A DNA stretch of 64,000 nucleotides. It comes from Spirochaetota bacterium. Lineage in GTDB: Bacteria; Spirochaetota; UBA4802; UBA5550. The position numbers and the translations under genes were made by a program. Shown in pieces: positions 30,610-39,618 of the stretch (position 1 is the first letter of the stretch; the number at the start of each line of letters is the position of its first letter). The stretch covers positions 3,808,001 through 3,872,000 of the forward strand of contig CAXXHB010000003.1 in NCBI GenBank assembly GCA_963664815.2, written 5' to 3'. The notes under the pieces were generated by a model. That model was not told where the DNA came from. It did no database searches and saw only the letters and a list, made by a program, of their open reading frames with translations.

Positions 30610-31101
30610 TCATTTTAAACGTTTTTTTAATATCTCCATATTTTCAGCTTTGTAGCCGTCAAATCGAAGATTAATTATACCGTTTTTATCAATCATCAGA
30701 AAAACGGGGTATCCTTTTACTTTGAACCTTTTCATCATATCGCCGTAAGTGTCATAAATTACAGGCAGGGTAATATCCCTTCCTGATGATTTTTTTATCT
30801 TTTTAAAAAACTCAGCCGTTTCATTTTCACCTGTGGCGCTGTCTGCAACAAGATATATATCAAAGCTCTTATCCGCCATTGCCTGAAGTTCAGGTATTTC
30901 GTTCATGCATGGAAGGCAGTTGTGACTGAAAAAACTGAGGATAAGCGGTTTTTTCTTGCCGTCTTTCGCAGGATTGAAAACATCTCCGTTGGTTGCCTTC
31001 ATAATCATTGCAGGGGATTTTTCACCTTCACCTGAAGAGAAAAGTCTGTTGCCTGAAATAAAAAGAAAAAACATAATCAGAAATATAACCCGATTTTTCA
31101 T
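30610..31101 (-). CDS. Exported TlpA/thioredoxin-like protein
   Basis: FFSHNCLPCMNEIP CxxC, GYPVFLMIDKNG; start inferred at MKNRV. Confidence 0.85.
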   Translation of the reverse strand: MKNRVIFLIMFFLFISGNRLFSSGEGEKSPAMIMKATNGDVFNPAKDGKKKPLILSFFSHNCLPCMNEIPELQAMADKSFDIYLVADSATGENETAEFFKKIKKSSGRDITLPVIYDTYGDMMKRFKVKGYPVFLMIDKNGIINLRFDGYKAENMEILKKRLK

Positions 31102-31249
31102 TTTTGCTGCCCTGAGTTTTATTTTCCTGTAAGATGCCTGCCTATACTGCACATAGTTTAGATTATTTTCAATAAGTTTTTATTCGTGGAATTTTTTAGC
31201 CCGGAGGATTCTGCTTTTAAAACTCAATTCTTTTAAAAAAATAAAAAAC

Positions 31250-31305
31250 AACCCGCCCGCTGATCCCTCTATTTTTCTTTTCATGGGGGGATCAGCGGGC
31301 GGGTT
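31250..31305 (-). terminator. Strong intrinsic terminator
   Basis: 18-bp stem aacccgcccgctgatccc / gggatcagcgggcgggtt followed by U-rich sequence on the minus strand. Confidence 0.85.
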
Positions 31306-31313
31306 TCTCAACG

Positions 31314-32690
31314 TCATTTATTATCAACAATATACTTCATCGGTTTAACCATTTCTGTCTTGAACATTTTTCTTACCTTCTCTCTCATATCAGGATTGTT
31401 GGTTAATGCGATCATCTTCTCGTTGATATCTATGGTTTTACTGTCATCCTGGGGAAATTCAAAAATACCGTTCTCTTCATAATATTTATAGTCAGCCTGA
31501 AAGACAAATTTCAGCCTTCCCCATATATCATCCCTGAAAATCCGCATTCCGCCTACGCCAAGAAAGGTTGCCGGAGAGACATATCCCGATTTTGAAAATT
31601 TAACCAGCCTTAAGGCGAAGCTGTCAATAAGCCTGTTAATATCCTCAGAGCTGTTTTCATCGGTAATTATATCCACCAGATTTGCTCCCTGCCATTCAAG
31701 ATATGCCTGAAGAATCTCCCTGAGGTTTGCAATATCGCCCAAAGGACCGGAAATGAGAAAACCGGCCTGTTTCCCGGTAAGTGTAGGCGTGTGTGTATTG
31801 AAGAAAGATCTGTCAAACATCTGCTTCCATTTTGCAGAAAAATACCTGTCTTTAATCTCCCCGGCAAAAATTATAATATCAGCCCTCTTTATCTCTTCGT
31901 TATAGAAATCGATAAATCCGTCTTTACCGGTATAAACACATCTGTAATCAAGACCGCACTCACAGCAACCCAGGCATCCACCTTTAATGTCAACACCGGA
32001 GATGTTCAGGTATTTACCTTTACCGCCGAAAGAGTCCTGCATTCTTTTAATCATTTTCGCCATATTATCGCCGCTGTATTCCCTGTCAGAGAGGATGAGC
32101 ACCCTTTTGTTGTCAGGGTCAGCTGTAATCACAGGCATATCAGGTGAATAATCCCGCATTCTGTAATCAGGTTTTTTAAAACTTCTTGAGGTTTTCAATT
32201 TTCTTTCCGCAGAATCAAAGACAGATTCAGCAAATGTAAGGAGCTTCTTCCTCTCATCCTCCTTCATCAGATCATACATATCCGGAGAGAAGCCACCCGC
32301 ATAATTCATATTCAGGTCTTCACATATTCCCCTTAAATAATTCTGCGCGGAATGATCAAAAAAGTGAATTGAAGTGGTTAATACAGCGGCATATTTCCCT
32401 TCAAATGACTGTACTGCGTCTCTTTCCATAACAAGTTCAATAAACCTTTTATATTGTGAGGGAACAAGACAGACATAGAGGGGTGTCCCCCAGATAATCA
32501 GATCGGAGCTTTTTACATCATTTATTATTGAGTTAAAGAATTCATTATCATCTTCTATCTTATTTATCTTCTGTGCAATGTTAATAAAGTTAAACCTGTG
32601 TGCAGTGAATTTTTTTTCTATAAATTTAACATACTGCATTGTAACACTCAAATCACCTTTGGGACTCCCATTAAGAACCACAATATTCAT
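31314..32690 (-). CDS. Tandem flavodoxin-fold NAD(P)H-dependent oxidoreductase / iron-sulfur flavoprotein
   Basis: VLNGSPKG first domain; GCLGCCEC...C second domain; start inferred at MNIVV with RBS ggggag. Confidence 0.82.
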   Translation of the reverse strand: MNIVVLNGSPKGDLSVTMQYVKFIEKKFTAHRFNFINIAQKINKIEDDNEFFNSIINDVKSSDLIIWGTPLYVCLVPSQYKRFIELVMERDAVQSFEGKYAAVLTTSIHFFDHSAQNYLRGICEDLNMNYAGGFSPDMYDLMKEDERKKLLTFAESVFDSAERKLKTSRSFKKPDYRMRDYSPDMPVITADPDNKRVLILSDREYSGDNMAKMIKRMQDSFGGKGKYLNISGVDIKGGCLGCCECGLDYRCVYTGKDGFIDFYNEEIKRADIIIFAGEIKDRYFSAKWKQMFDRSFFNTHTPTLTGKQAGFLISGPLGDIANLREILQAYLEWQGANLVDIITDENSSEDINRLIDSFALRLVKFSKSGYVSPATFLGVGGMRIFRDDIWGRLKFVFQADYKYYEENGIFEFPQDDSKTIDINEKMIALTNNPDMREKVRKMFKTEMVKPMKYIVDNK

Positions 32691-32923
32691 ATACACTCCC
32701 CCTTGTTTCAAATCTATGTGCAATATGTTGCATATACCATAAAATACCCTGTTGTCAACATCAATATTATCAGAAATTATAATCACATTTTTATTAAAAT
32801 TAATCGATAAAAATCTCTAAATTGCAGAATAAAAATCAGTCCATGCCGATAATTGTATTGACATATCAGCGTTGAATATTACTTTATAATATATAATTTT
32901 ATTTTTGTGATAAGGAGATCAAA

Positions 32924-33184
32924 ATGGCAGGGTATTCAATAAATGATTTGAGAGTTGCTGCTCCACATGAAGAAGGTACTGTAAAACAGCTTATTGCTGA
33001 AGCCTGGGTAACAATGAAAAGGGTAAACTGGGATGATACAAAATTTGTTACAATAAATCCAAAGGTTGTTCTTTCATTTTCACAGGCAAAAAGTTTCCAG
33101 GTTTTCTGGGAAAGTGAAGGCTGGACAGTTCAGATAAAAAAAGCTGAAAGAAATTATTTTTTTGATATTTATAATCTGCAGTAA
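32924..33184 (+). CDS. Small hypothetical protein
   Basis: 86-aa ORF, RBS aaggag, followed by a terminator hairpin. Confidence 0.7.
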   Translation: MAGYSINDLRVAAPHEEGTVKQLIAEAWVTMKRVNWDDTKFVTINPKVVLSFSQAKSFQVFWESEGWTVQIKKAERNYFFDIYNLQ

Positions 33185-33207
33185 TATACATTTATTATCT
33201 GTAATAG

Positions 33208-33236
33208 ACCCGCATTCCTGCCTGCAGAATGCGGGG
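33208..33236 (+). terminator. Intrinsic terminator
   Basis: cccgcattc-N10-gaatgcggg followed by a T-rich tract. Confidence 0.7.
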
Positions 33237-33310
33237 TATTATTCTTTTCCTTTGGTTTTTTTCCTCAGTGATAAAAAGTTTTAAAAAATACAATTAAAGC
33301 TGTAACAGTT

Positions 33311-33820
33311 ATGCAGAATTTTGATAATGAGAACATGGACACAATTCCCGATATATCCTCAGAAACAGTAATGAATACATTGTTTTCAACACTCATTGAC
33401 GTCTACAATTCAAAAATGCCCTTTAATAAACTCCTCGGAATAGAAGTTACCGAACTTAACCTTGAAAGAGCAGTAATATCTATTCACTCCAGGGAAGATT
33501 TATATGGTAATTACATCCATAAAATACTGCATGGCGGTGTTATATCATCAGTTATTGATCTATCCGGTGGAATAATTGCTCAGACACACGCCCTGAGCCA
33601 TATGAATGGATTGAGCATAGGCCAGATGATGCACAAATTCAGCATGATGAGTACCCTGAACATGAGGGTTGATTATCTTCGCCCCGGTTCCGGAAACACA
33701 TTTGAATGTATCTCAAAAGTAGTAAGAGCAGGAAATAAAGTCGCCGTCACCCAGATGGAGCTTCTCAACCAAGAAAATAAACAAATTGCAATAGGGACAG
33801 GCTCATACCTTATCGGATAA
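33311..33820 (+). CDS. PaaI/YigI-family thioesterase
   Basis: PFNKLLG, GN...LHGGVISSVID, VDYLRPG. Confidence 0.9.
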   Translation: MQNFDNENMDTIPDISSETVMNTLFSTLIDVYNSKMPFNKLLGIEVTELNLERAVISIHSREDLYGNYIHKILHGGVISSVIDLSGGIIAQTHALSHMNGLSIGQMMHKFSMMSTLNMRVDYLRPGSGNTFECISKVVRAGNKVAVTQMELLNQENKQIAIGTGSYLIG

Positions 33821-33894
33821 AATTCCCCTCTTACCTTTTTTTAATTAAATGAATTATTTTACTGAAAAACCCGTGCATATTAATTATTGTTGAT

Positions 33895-34010
33895 CAATGT
33901 TAATTCCTTAAAGTATATTTTAGTCTAAAATAAACGATTATATCTCACGGCCGCCGAAGGGGGCCGGGAGAATAGAGTTTTTATTATAAAACGTTCAGGA
34001 ATTATTACTG
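33895..34010 (-). mobile_element. MITE-like palindromic element, copy 1
   Basis: Inverted homolog of 39331-39451; central GC hairpin 33943-33971; flanks attgttgat / attattaat (decayed 9-bp TSD). Confidence 0.75.
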
Positions 34011-34048
34011 ATTATTAATACATTTTTTAAACATTCAAGGGGGATAAT

Positions 34049-35344
34049 ATGAAACAGGAATTGAACCTGCCATTAATACAGAATGCCGACCTCAAGGATA
34101 AGATTGTACTTGTCCGTGTTGACCACAATGTTGTCAAAAACGGAGTTATTCATGATCCCTACAGAATTGATGCCACAATAGGTACTCTCTATCATATAAA
34201 CGCAAGGGGGGGTAAAATAATTCTTATGACTCACGTAGGACGCCCCAGAGACAAAAAAACCGGTGAAATACATATAAGCGAAAAAACATCCGTCCGGCCT
34301 ATAGTGGATTATCTGCAGCAGAAACTTCACATCAAACTCAAAATACCGGAATTTCTCAGGGATGAAAAAAACGGCTATATGGGAATTGAAACCTCCGTAA
34401 ACCACATGATCCGGGAACTCAGAGAGAATAAAATTGACGGCATATATCTCCCGAATACCCGCTGGTTTTCCGGCGAAGAATCAAAGAATGAAAACGGCGA
34501 CAGGTTTGCCAATCAGCTCGCGGGACTCGCCGATATATTCGTCAACGACGCTTTCGGTTCCTGGCAGCCGCACGCATCAACAGTTGCCGTCAGCAAATAC
34601 CTCCCCTCTTACGCCGGATTTCTTCTTCAGAAGGAGATCGAAAATCTTGACAGAATATTTCATCCGCAGAAACCCTTCATTGCGGTTGTTGCAGGTGCAA
34701 AATTTGACACCAAGATCGACCCGCTTTATGCACTTATCCGCCAGGCGGATTATCTTGTTCTCGGAGGAGTTATCTATAACGCATACCTCTCTGCGAAATA
34801 TGGTGTTAAAATAAAAGGTATCGATGAAGAGGATTTTCAGCTTGCAAAAAAATTCGTTGAATTCTCGCAGCAGTATCCCGGAAGAATTGTTGAACTGAGA
34901 TATATCGTGGAATCTGACCTCCCAGATGCACGGGTAGATGGTAAATACAGAAAAATTGATGTAAAAACATTGAGCCCCGGGATGGAACTGAATTACATAT
35001 ATGACGTAGCGGCAGAGAGCTTTCTGGAGCCGGAAGCCGCGGATATATTTCACAAAGCAAAAACAGTGTTCATTAATGCCGTAATGGGTTATACTCCCTA
35101 TTTTAACGAGGGTACAATTGCACTCGATCAGATGATTGATGAAACAAGGGAATCGGTAAAACTCTACGGCGGTGGAGATACCATGCAGGAACTGAAGCGT
35201 CTGCTGCCGGGGTTATATATTGCCGCTATAGATTCGCCTGAATATTATATCTTCACAGGCGGGGGGGCGGTTCTCAAGGCAATTGAGCAGGGATCGGTTA
35301 CCGGCCTCGCTCCGGTTAAAGCGCTGATAGAGAAAAATTGCTAA
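34049..35344 (+). CDS. pgk: Phosphoglycerate kinase, divergent type
   Basis: VLVRVDHNV, THVGRP, VNDAFG, GAKFDTKI, GGGDT, TGGGA. Confidence 0.85.
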   Translation: MKQELNLPLIQNADLKDKIVLVRVDHNVVKNGVIHDPYRIDATIGTLYHINARGGKIILMTHVGRPRDKKTGEIHISEKTSVRPIVDYLQQKLHIKLKIPEFLRDEKNGYMGIETSVNHMIRELRENKIDGIYLPNTRWFSGEESKNENGDRFANQLAGLADIFVNDAFGSWQPHASTVAVSKYLPSYAGFLLQKEIENLDRIFHPQKPFIAVVAGAKFDTKIDPLYALIRQADYLVLGGVIYNAYLSAKYGVKIKGIDEEDFQLAKKFVEFSQQYPGRIVELRYIVESDLPDARVDGKYRKIDVKTLSPGMELNYIYDVAAESFLEPEAADIFHKAKTVFINAVMGYTPYFNEGTIALDQMIDETRESVKLYGGGDTMQELKRLLPGLYIAAIDSPEYYIFTGGGAVLKAIEQGSVTGLAPVKALIEKNC

Positions 35345-35355
35345 ATATTATAACG

Positions 35356-35394
35356 CTCCTTCCCAGTTTTATCATGGGGAAGGCCGGGATGGGG
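35356..35394. repeat. REP-like hairpin between convergent genes
   Basis: ctccttccca...tggggaaggccgggatgggg. Confidence 0.45.
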
Positions 35395-35402
35395 CGTAAA
35401 CG

Positions 35403-38024
35403 TCAGTTGCTCCGCACCTTGTCAAGATATCCCGCAATCGTCAATTTATAATCAGCTGCTTTTTTCTTGTCACGAATAGTTATTCTGGAACTTCTGCCGG
35501 ATCCCTCCTGACGAAGAATTCCCGCTTCAATAAATTTATCAATGGCATTATCATAGTTTATAATAGACAGAGCTTCCGAACACTGTATTTCACTCAGGTG
35601 GTACATTCTGGTTCCGCGTTTCCTTATCGTTATCATCAGTTCTTTTCTTGCCACCTGGCGTTCGGTATGGTCTATAAGTGTATTCAGAACAATAAGATAT
35701 GATTCTATATAATCCTGTATCATGCCTGCAAAAAATCTCAGCTCCTCATGTCCGGTTTCATCAAATATCACATCTTTACCCTCAAGCTTTATGATATATT
35801 CCGAAGTAAAGTGAGAAAAAGTGTGTTCCATAACTTCCTCGGTATCATTCAGAAGATCGGGATAAATAAATTCTCTTGAAAGAATATCTCTTATTTTTTC
35901 GAATTCTGCAACTAGAGCTTTCTTCGATGCTTTTCCCTCAGATGAAGTCACAAGTATTGCAAGAGAGATCATGTTCACCGGAAGAGTCATATGGGTGATG
36001 CTGTTTTTATAAAAATTTATCCTCCCCCTCTGATCATGATCTATAATGTACAATTCCTCGCTCTGAACTTCCCGATCCTCATTCTTACCGGATGCTCCGC
36101 CGGAGATATCGACTCTGCTGATAATGCCGTCACTGGCATAGGATTCAAAAACAATATCCATTATATCGTCAATATTTGAATTTTCTTTAAGCGTATCAGC
36201 AAGTTTGTATTGTGTCTTCTTCAGATATGAGAGGATTGTCTCAATCCTTCGTTTAATCGATTCTCTTGTAAATCCGCGCGTAGTAGTGTTAAGCAGGGCT
36301 GCTGTAGTTATAGCAAATGGAGTAACACGAACAGTATCGTTTATTCTTTTTACAATATAGTACCCGAGTTCCTCCGTAAGAAGATCGATGTCCTTTATAT
36401 TTTTTTCCTTTAAAAACTTTTCCCTGATTTCGGAGAGAGTAAATGTATCGTTGAAGCTCATATAAACCGAGCCGTATCTTCTCTGAATAAGCTTTCTGCT
36501 TTTAATGAAACCTGATGTTGATTCTTTTGACTTTTCCTTCCCCTTCAACTCTTTAAGGTATGAATTCTCTTCAAGAATCCTGTCATAGTCCACTGTCATA
36601 GGCGCAAAGACCAGATCTTTATTATATCCTTCATCAATAGCTTCAATAAGGTATTTCAACATCCCCATTTTAGGCTGAACAACTTTGCCGGTTCTTGATC
36701 TTCCACCTTCAATAAAGAATTCTATCGGATAACCCTCATTTATTATCGTCTTTACATACTGTTTTAATACAGAGGTGTACAGATTCAGACCTTTAAAGGT
36801 TCTTCTTATAAAAAAAGCACCGGATCTCCTGAATATTTTTCCCATAGGGAAAAATATAAGATTGGATCCCGCAAGTATATGCGGGGCTATGATTTTATTC
36901 TGATAAAACATACTCGAAATAACGATATAGTCCATATGGCTTTTATGGCTTGGAACAAGGATAACCGGCCCCTTTTCAAAAGATTCCCTGAATTTTTTCA
37001 GATCCTCAATCTCATAGTGAATCCCATCAAATATTTTTCTGAAAATATAATCATTGGCTGCTTTGAAAAATTTAATATAGACAATGGAAAAATCAGCTGC
37101 TATTTCCCTGAAATACTTATACGCCTGTTTTCTTAATTTTTTTTCAGATGTTCCTTTTTCATTTATCTCCTGCTGTATAACATCCAGAACATTTTTATGA
37201 TAAAGAACTTTTTCCATCATCTCCTGCTGGGTCTTTATCTGGGGACCAAGTATGCTTCTCTTCTCGTAATTATATATCTCTATCAGACTGTTACGGATCA
37301 GCCGCGACAGATGTTTTGTATCATCTCCGCCATGAGATTCTATAACCTCTTTTAAATTCACCGGCTTTCCAACTCTGACAAAAGCCGGGGTTGCACTCTT
37401 CAGCATTATAAGCATACCGGAAATAAAACCCCTGTCTCGGGTAGCCTCGGAAAGCATTGAAGAACCTGTTTTTTCAACATTCATGTTCCAGAAAACAACC
37501 TGGGGGAAAATGAATATCGGTTCTTCACTCTTCTTCTGAACTTCCAGAAGATATTCAATTGTATCTGTTTTTATCTCGACGTATCTGCGGACAAAGAGTT
37601 TTCTCGAAAACATTGAAAACGAGAGGCTCCCGCCGTCAAGAGCTCTGGTAATATATTCATGGTTGGAAATAAATTTATAATCAGCCGATTTGAATATATT
37701 TTTAAGATAATTAAGGCATTCATTATATAATACTATTACTTTCTGATATGTATATGGCGTAAATCCAAGCCCAAGCGCCGGGACAGGAAGATTGTGCTTT
37801 TTTAAAAGATTAATCAGGATGTAAAGAGATGTATATGTAGTCTGCATAGAGGCATATACTATTTTCCCTTGCGTCATATGTTCATTTACTATTAAGATAC
37901 TCTCTTTATCCAGATCAATACGGTTAAAAAAGAATTTAACGAGCAGACTGAATAATCTGTATTTATCCTTTCTTATCATTCCGCTTTCTATATATGGTGA
38001 GTATACTTCCTTATCAATACCCAT
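35403..38024 (-). CDS. plsB: Glycerol-3-phosphate O-acyltransferase
   Basis: PSHKSHMDY (HxxxxD), GAFFIRR, FFIEGGRSRTG; start inferred at MGIDK. Confidence 0.88.
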   Translation of the reverse strand: MGIDKEVYSPYIESGMIRKDKYRLFSLLVKFFFNRIDLDKESILIVNEHMTQGKIVYASMQTTYTSLYILINLLKKHNLPVPALGLGFTPYTYQKVIVLYNECLNYLKNIFKSADYKFISNHEYITRALDGGSLSFSMFSRKLFVRRYVEIKTDTIEYLLEVQKKSEEPIFIFPQVVFWNMNVEKTGSSMLSEATRDRGFISGMLIMLKSATPAFVRVGKPVNLKEVIESHGGDDTKHLSRLIRNSLIEIYNYEKRSILGPQIKTQQEMMEKVLYHKNVLDVIQQEINEKGTSEKKLRKQAYKYFREIAADFSIVYIKFFKAANDYIFRKIFDGIHYEIEDLKKFRESFEKGPVILVPSHKSHMDYIVISSMFYQNKIIAPHILAGSNLIFFPMGKIFRRSGAFFIRRTFKGLNLYTSVLKQYVKTIINEGYPIEFFIEGGRSRTGKVVQPKMGMLKYLIEAIDEGYNKDLVFAPMTVDYDRILEENSYLKELKGKEKSKESTSGFIKSRKLIQRRYGSVYMSFNDTFTLSEIREKFLKEKNIKDIDLLTEELGYYIVKRINDTVRVTPFAITTAALLNTTTRGFTRESIKRRIETILSYLKKTQYKLADTLKENSNIDDIMDIVFESYASDGIISRVDISGGASGKNEDREVQSEELYIIDHDQRGRINFYKNSITHMTLPVNMISLAILVTSSEGKASKKALVAEFEKIRDILSREFIYPDLLNDTEEVMEHTFSHFTSEYIIKLEGKDVIFDETGHEELRFFAGMIQDYIESYLIVLNTLIDHTERQVARKELMITIRKRGTRMYHLSEIQCSEALSIINYDNAIDKFIEAGILRQEGSGRSSRITIRDKKKAADYKLTIAGYLDKVRSN

Positions 38025-38037
38025 GACAACCCCGCTG

Positions 38038-38370
38038 TTAGATTTCTTTCTCTGAGGCAATTGTTTCAAACAGATCGCCTATTCCTATCATATCAAACAA
38101 CTTAATAATCTTTTTACTGTTCACAATAAGAATGCAGGTTATTCCCTTATTTATAAAATAATTTCTTATATTAATAAGTTCCCCAAGGCCAAAACTATTG
38201 AGATAAGAATTTTTTCTCAGATCAAAAACAATTCTGTCCACACCATCATTAATAAGCCCTAATATCTCCTCGCCAAATTGATTAATATCGGCACCATGGA
38301 GGCTTCCATCCTCGCGTGTAAAGCTGATTACAGGAACATTATTAACATATTCATATACGTAATACGCCAT
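38038..38370 (-). CDS. STAS-domain anti-anti-sigma factor
   Basis: IVFDL...YLNSFGLG phospho-Ser motif, LFDMIGIGDLF. Confidence 0.8.
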   Translation of the reverse strand: MAYYVYEYVNNVPVISFTREDGSLHGADINQFGEEILGLINDGVDRIVFDLRKNSYLNSFGLGELINIRNYFINKGITCILIVNSKKIIKLFDMIGIGDLFETIASEKEI

Positions 38371-38615
38371 TTTTACCTCATCAATTAAGAATAAAAAACA
38401 TTATTCAGGGTGCAAGTATTTTTTATTACTTTTATATCCTGAATTAATCCCGGAATACTATTATAGAACAAATGTATCCTGATAAAATATGCCGCTTCCG
38501 CCTCTTCGGCCATAAAAATTAAAATGATTTACTGTTATTTTAAAAGAGTAGAAATAAAATTATTGACTAAAACCTTCATAGATTTTCAAATTACTCTGCT
38601 TTTCATCACAAATAT

Positions 38616-38689
38616 CGGGGTGTAGCGCAGCCAGGTAGCGCGCTTCGTTCGGGACGAAGAAGTCGGGAGTTCGAATCTCCCCACCCCGA
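38616..38689 (+). tRNA. tRNA-Pro (CGG), no encoded CCA
   Basis: Acceptor stem cggggtg/caccccg, D-arm gcgcagccaggtagcgc, anticodon arm cttcg-ttCGGga-cgaag, T-loop gttcgaatc. Confidence 0.96.
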
Positions 38690-38734
38690 AAAAACTGAAA
38701 ATCCTTAAAATTTTAAAAAAATTTTTTATTAATT

Positions 38735-39145
38735 ATGATATTATATCAGAGAAAATTTCCCACTGCAAAAAAACTTACATCCAGCATTATAGAAGTTGTT
38801 AAAAATCAATTATCAGAAATTGAAGGGAAAATCTGTATAAACCTTCTTGATCTCAAACTTATTCTTGATGAGGCGATAATCAATGCCATGGAGCATGGCA
38901 ACAAATGGGATCCATCAAAAAAAATTTTAATAAAAATCTCATTAGAAGAAAAGGGGATACAGATAGAGATAGAAGATGAAGGCCAGGGGTTTGACTACTT
39001 TCATAAATTCACTGAAAAAGAGATAAAACCGACACTTACAGAAAGAGGCCGGGGTCTTCTGCTTATTAAACAGATCTGCGATATTGAATGGATAAATTGC
39101 GGGAATACTATAAAAATAAACATCCCGGTTGAACTTTCCGCCTGA
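38735..39145 (+). CDS. RsbW-like anti-sigma/serine kinase (HATPase_c_2)
   Basis: EAIINAMEHGN, DEGQGFD, GRGLLLI. Confidence 0.88.
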   Translation: MILYQRKFPTAKKLTSSIIEVVKNQLSEIEGKICINLLDLKLILDEAIINAMEHGNKWDPSKKILIKISLEEKGIQIEIEDEGQGFDYFHKFTEKEIKPTLTERGRGLLLIKQICDIEWINCGNTIKINIPVELSA

Positions 39146-39211
39146 TTTTTTCAATTATATTCATTTATATTCAATTATATAATTACACTTAACTTTCCGG
39201 CAATAATTATT

Positions 39212-39321
39212 ACAGGGCGTTACCAAAAACTCTGTTTTTGGGAACGCAGGGAGCCTGCGGGGCTTCCAAAGGGGCTGCAGCCCCTTATACCCTGTGAAGA
39301 TTGGGTTATTGGAACTACCCT
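39212..39321. repeat. GC-rich multi-hairpin REP/MITE-like element
   Basis: acaggg...ccctgt encloses hairpins gcgttaccaaaaac/gtttttgggaacgc and gcagg/cctgc plus the palindrome aaggggctgcagcccctt. Confidence 0.55.
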
Positions 39322-39330
39322 ATATTAAAT

Positions 39331-39451
39331 CAATAATAATTCCTGAACTTTTTTTATAACAGAAAATGCTCTATTCTTACCGCCGCCAAAGGCGGCGGTA
39401 AGAATTAATAGTTTATTTTATACTAAAAAACATGTTAAGGGATTAATGTTG
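39331..39451 (+). mobile_element. MITE-like palindromic element, copy 2
   Basis: TIRs caataataattcctgaac / gttaagggattaatgttg; perfect 15-bp central stem attcttaccgccgcc-aaa-ggcggcggtaagaat; perfect 9-bp direct repeat atattaaat on both sides. Confidence 0.8.
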
Positions 39452-39618
39452 ATATTAAATTCATACATTCTGTTGCTTTAAAGCAATTGATCGGTTACAT
39501 ATATTTATATATCGCTCTATTAAGTAAAAAGAAAGTTTTTGATGCTGCTTTCTCCATTTTTCAATTGATTTTTCCGATAATAATGAAAGATATAAATCTA
39601 TCCGAGGTTTTAGCTTAT

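Noticed and set aside
38616-39480. tRNA-Pro as a prophage or island attachment site
   Set aside because: No integrase and no duplicated tRNA 3' end seen in the window
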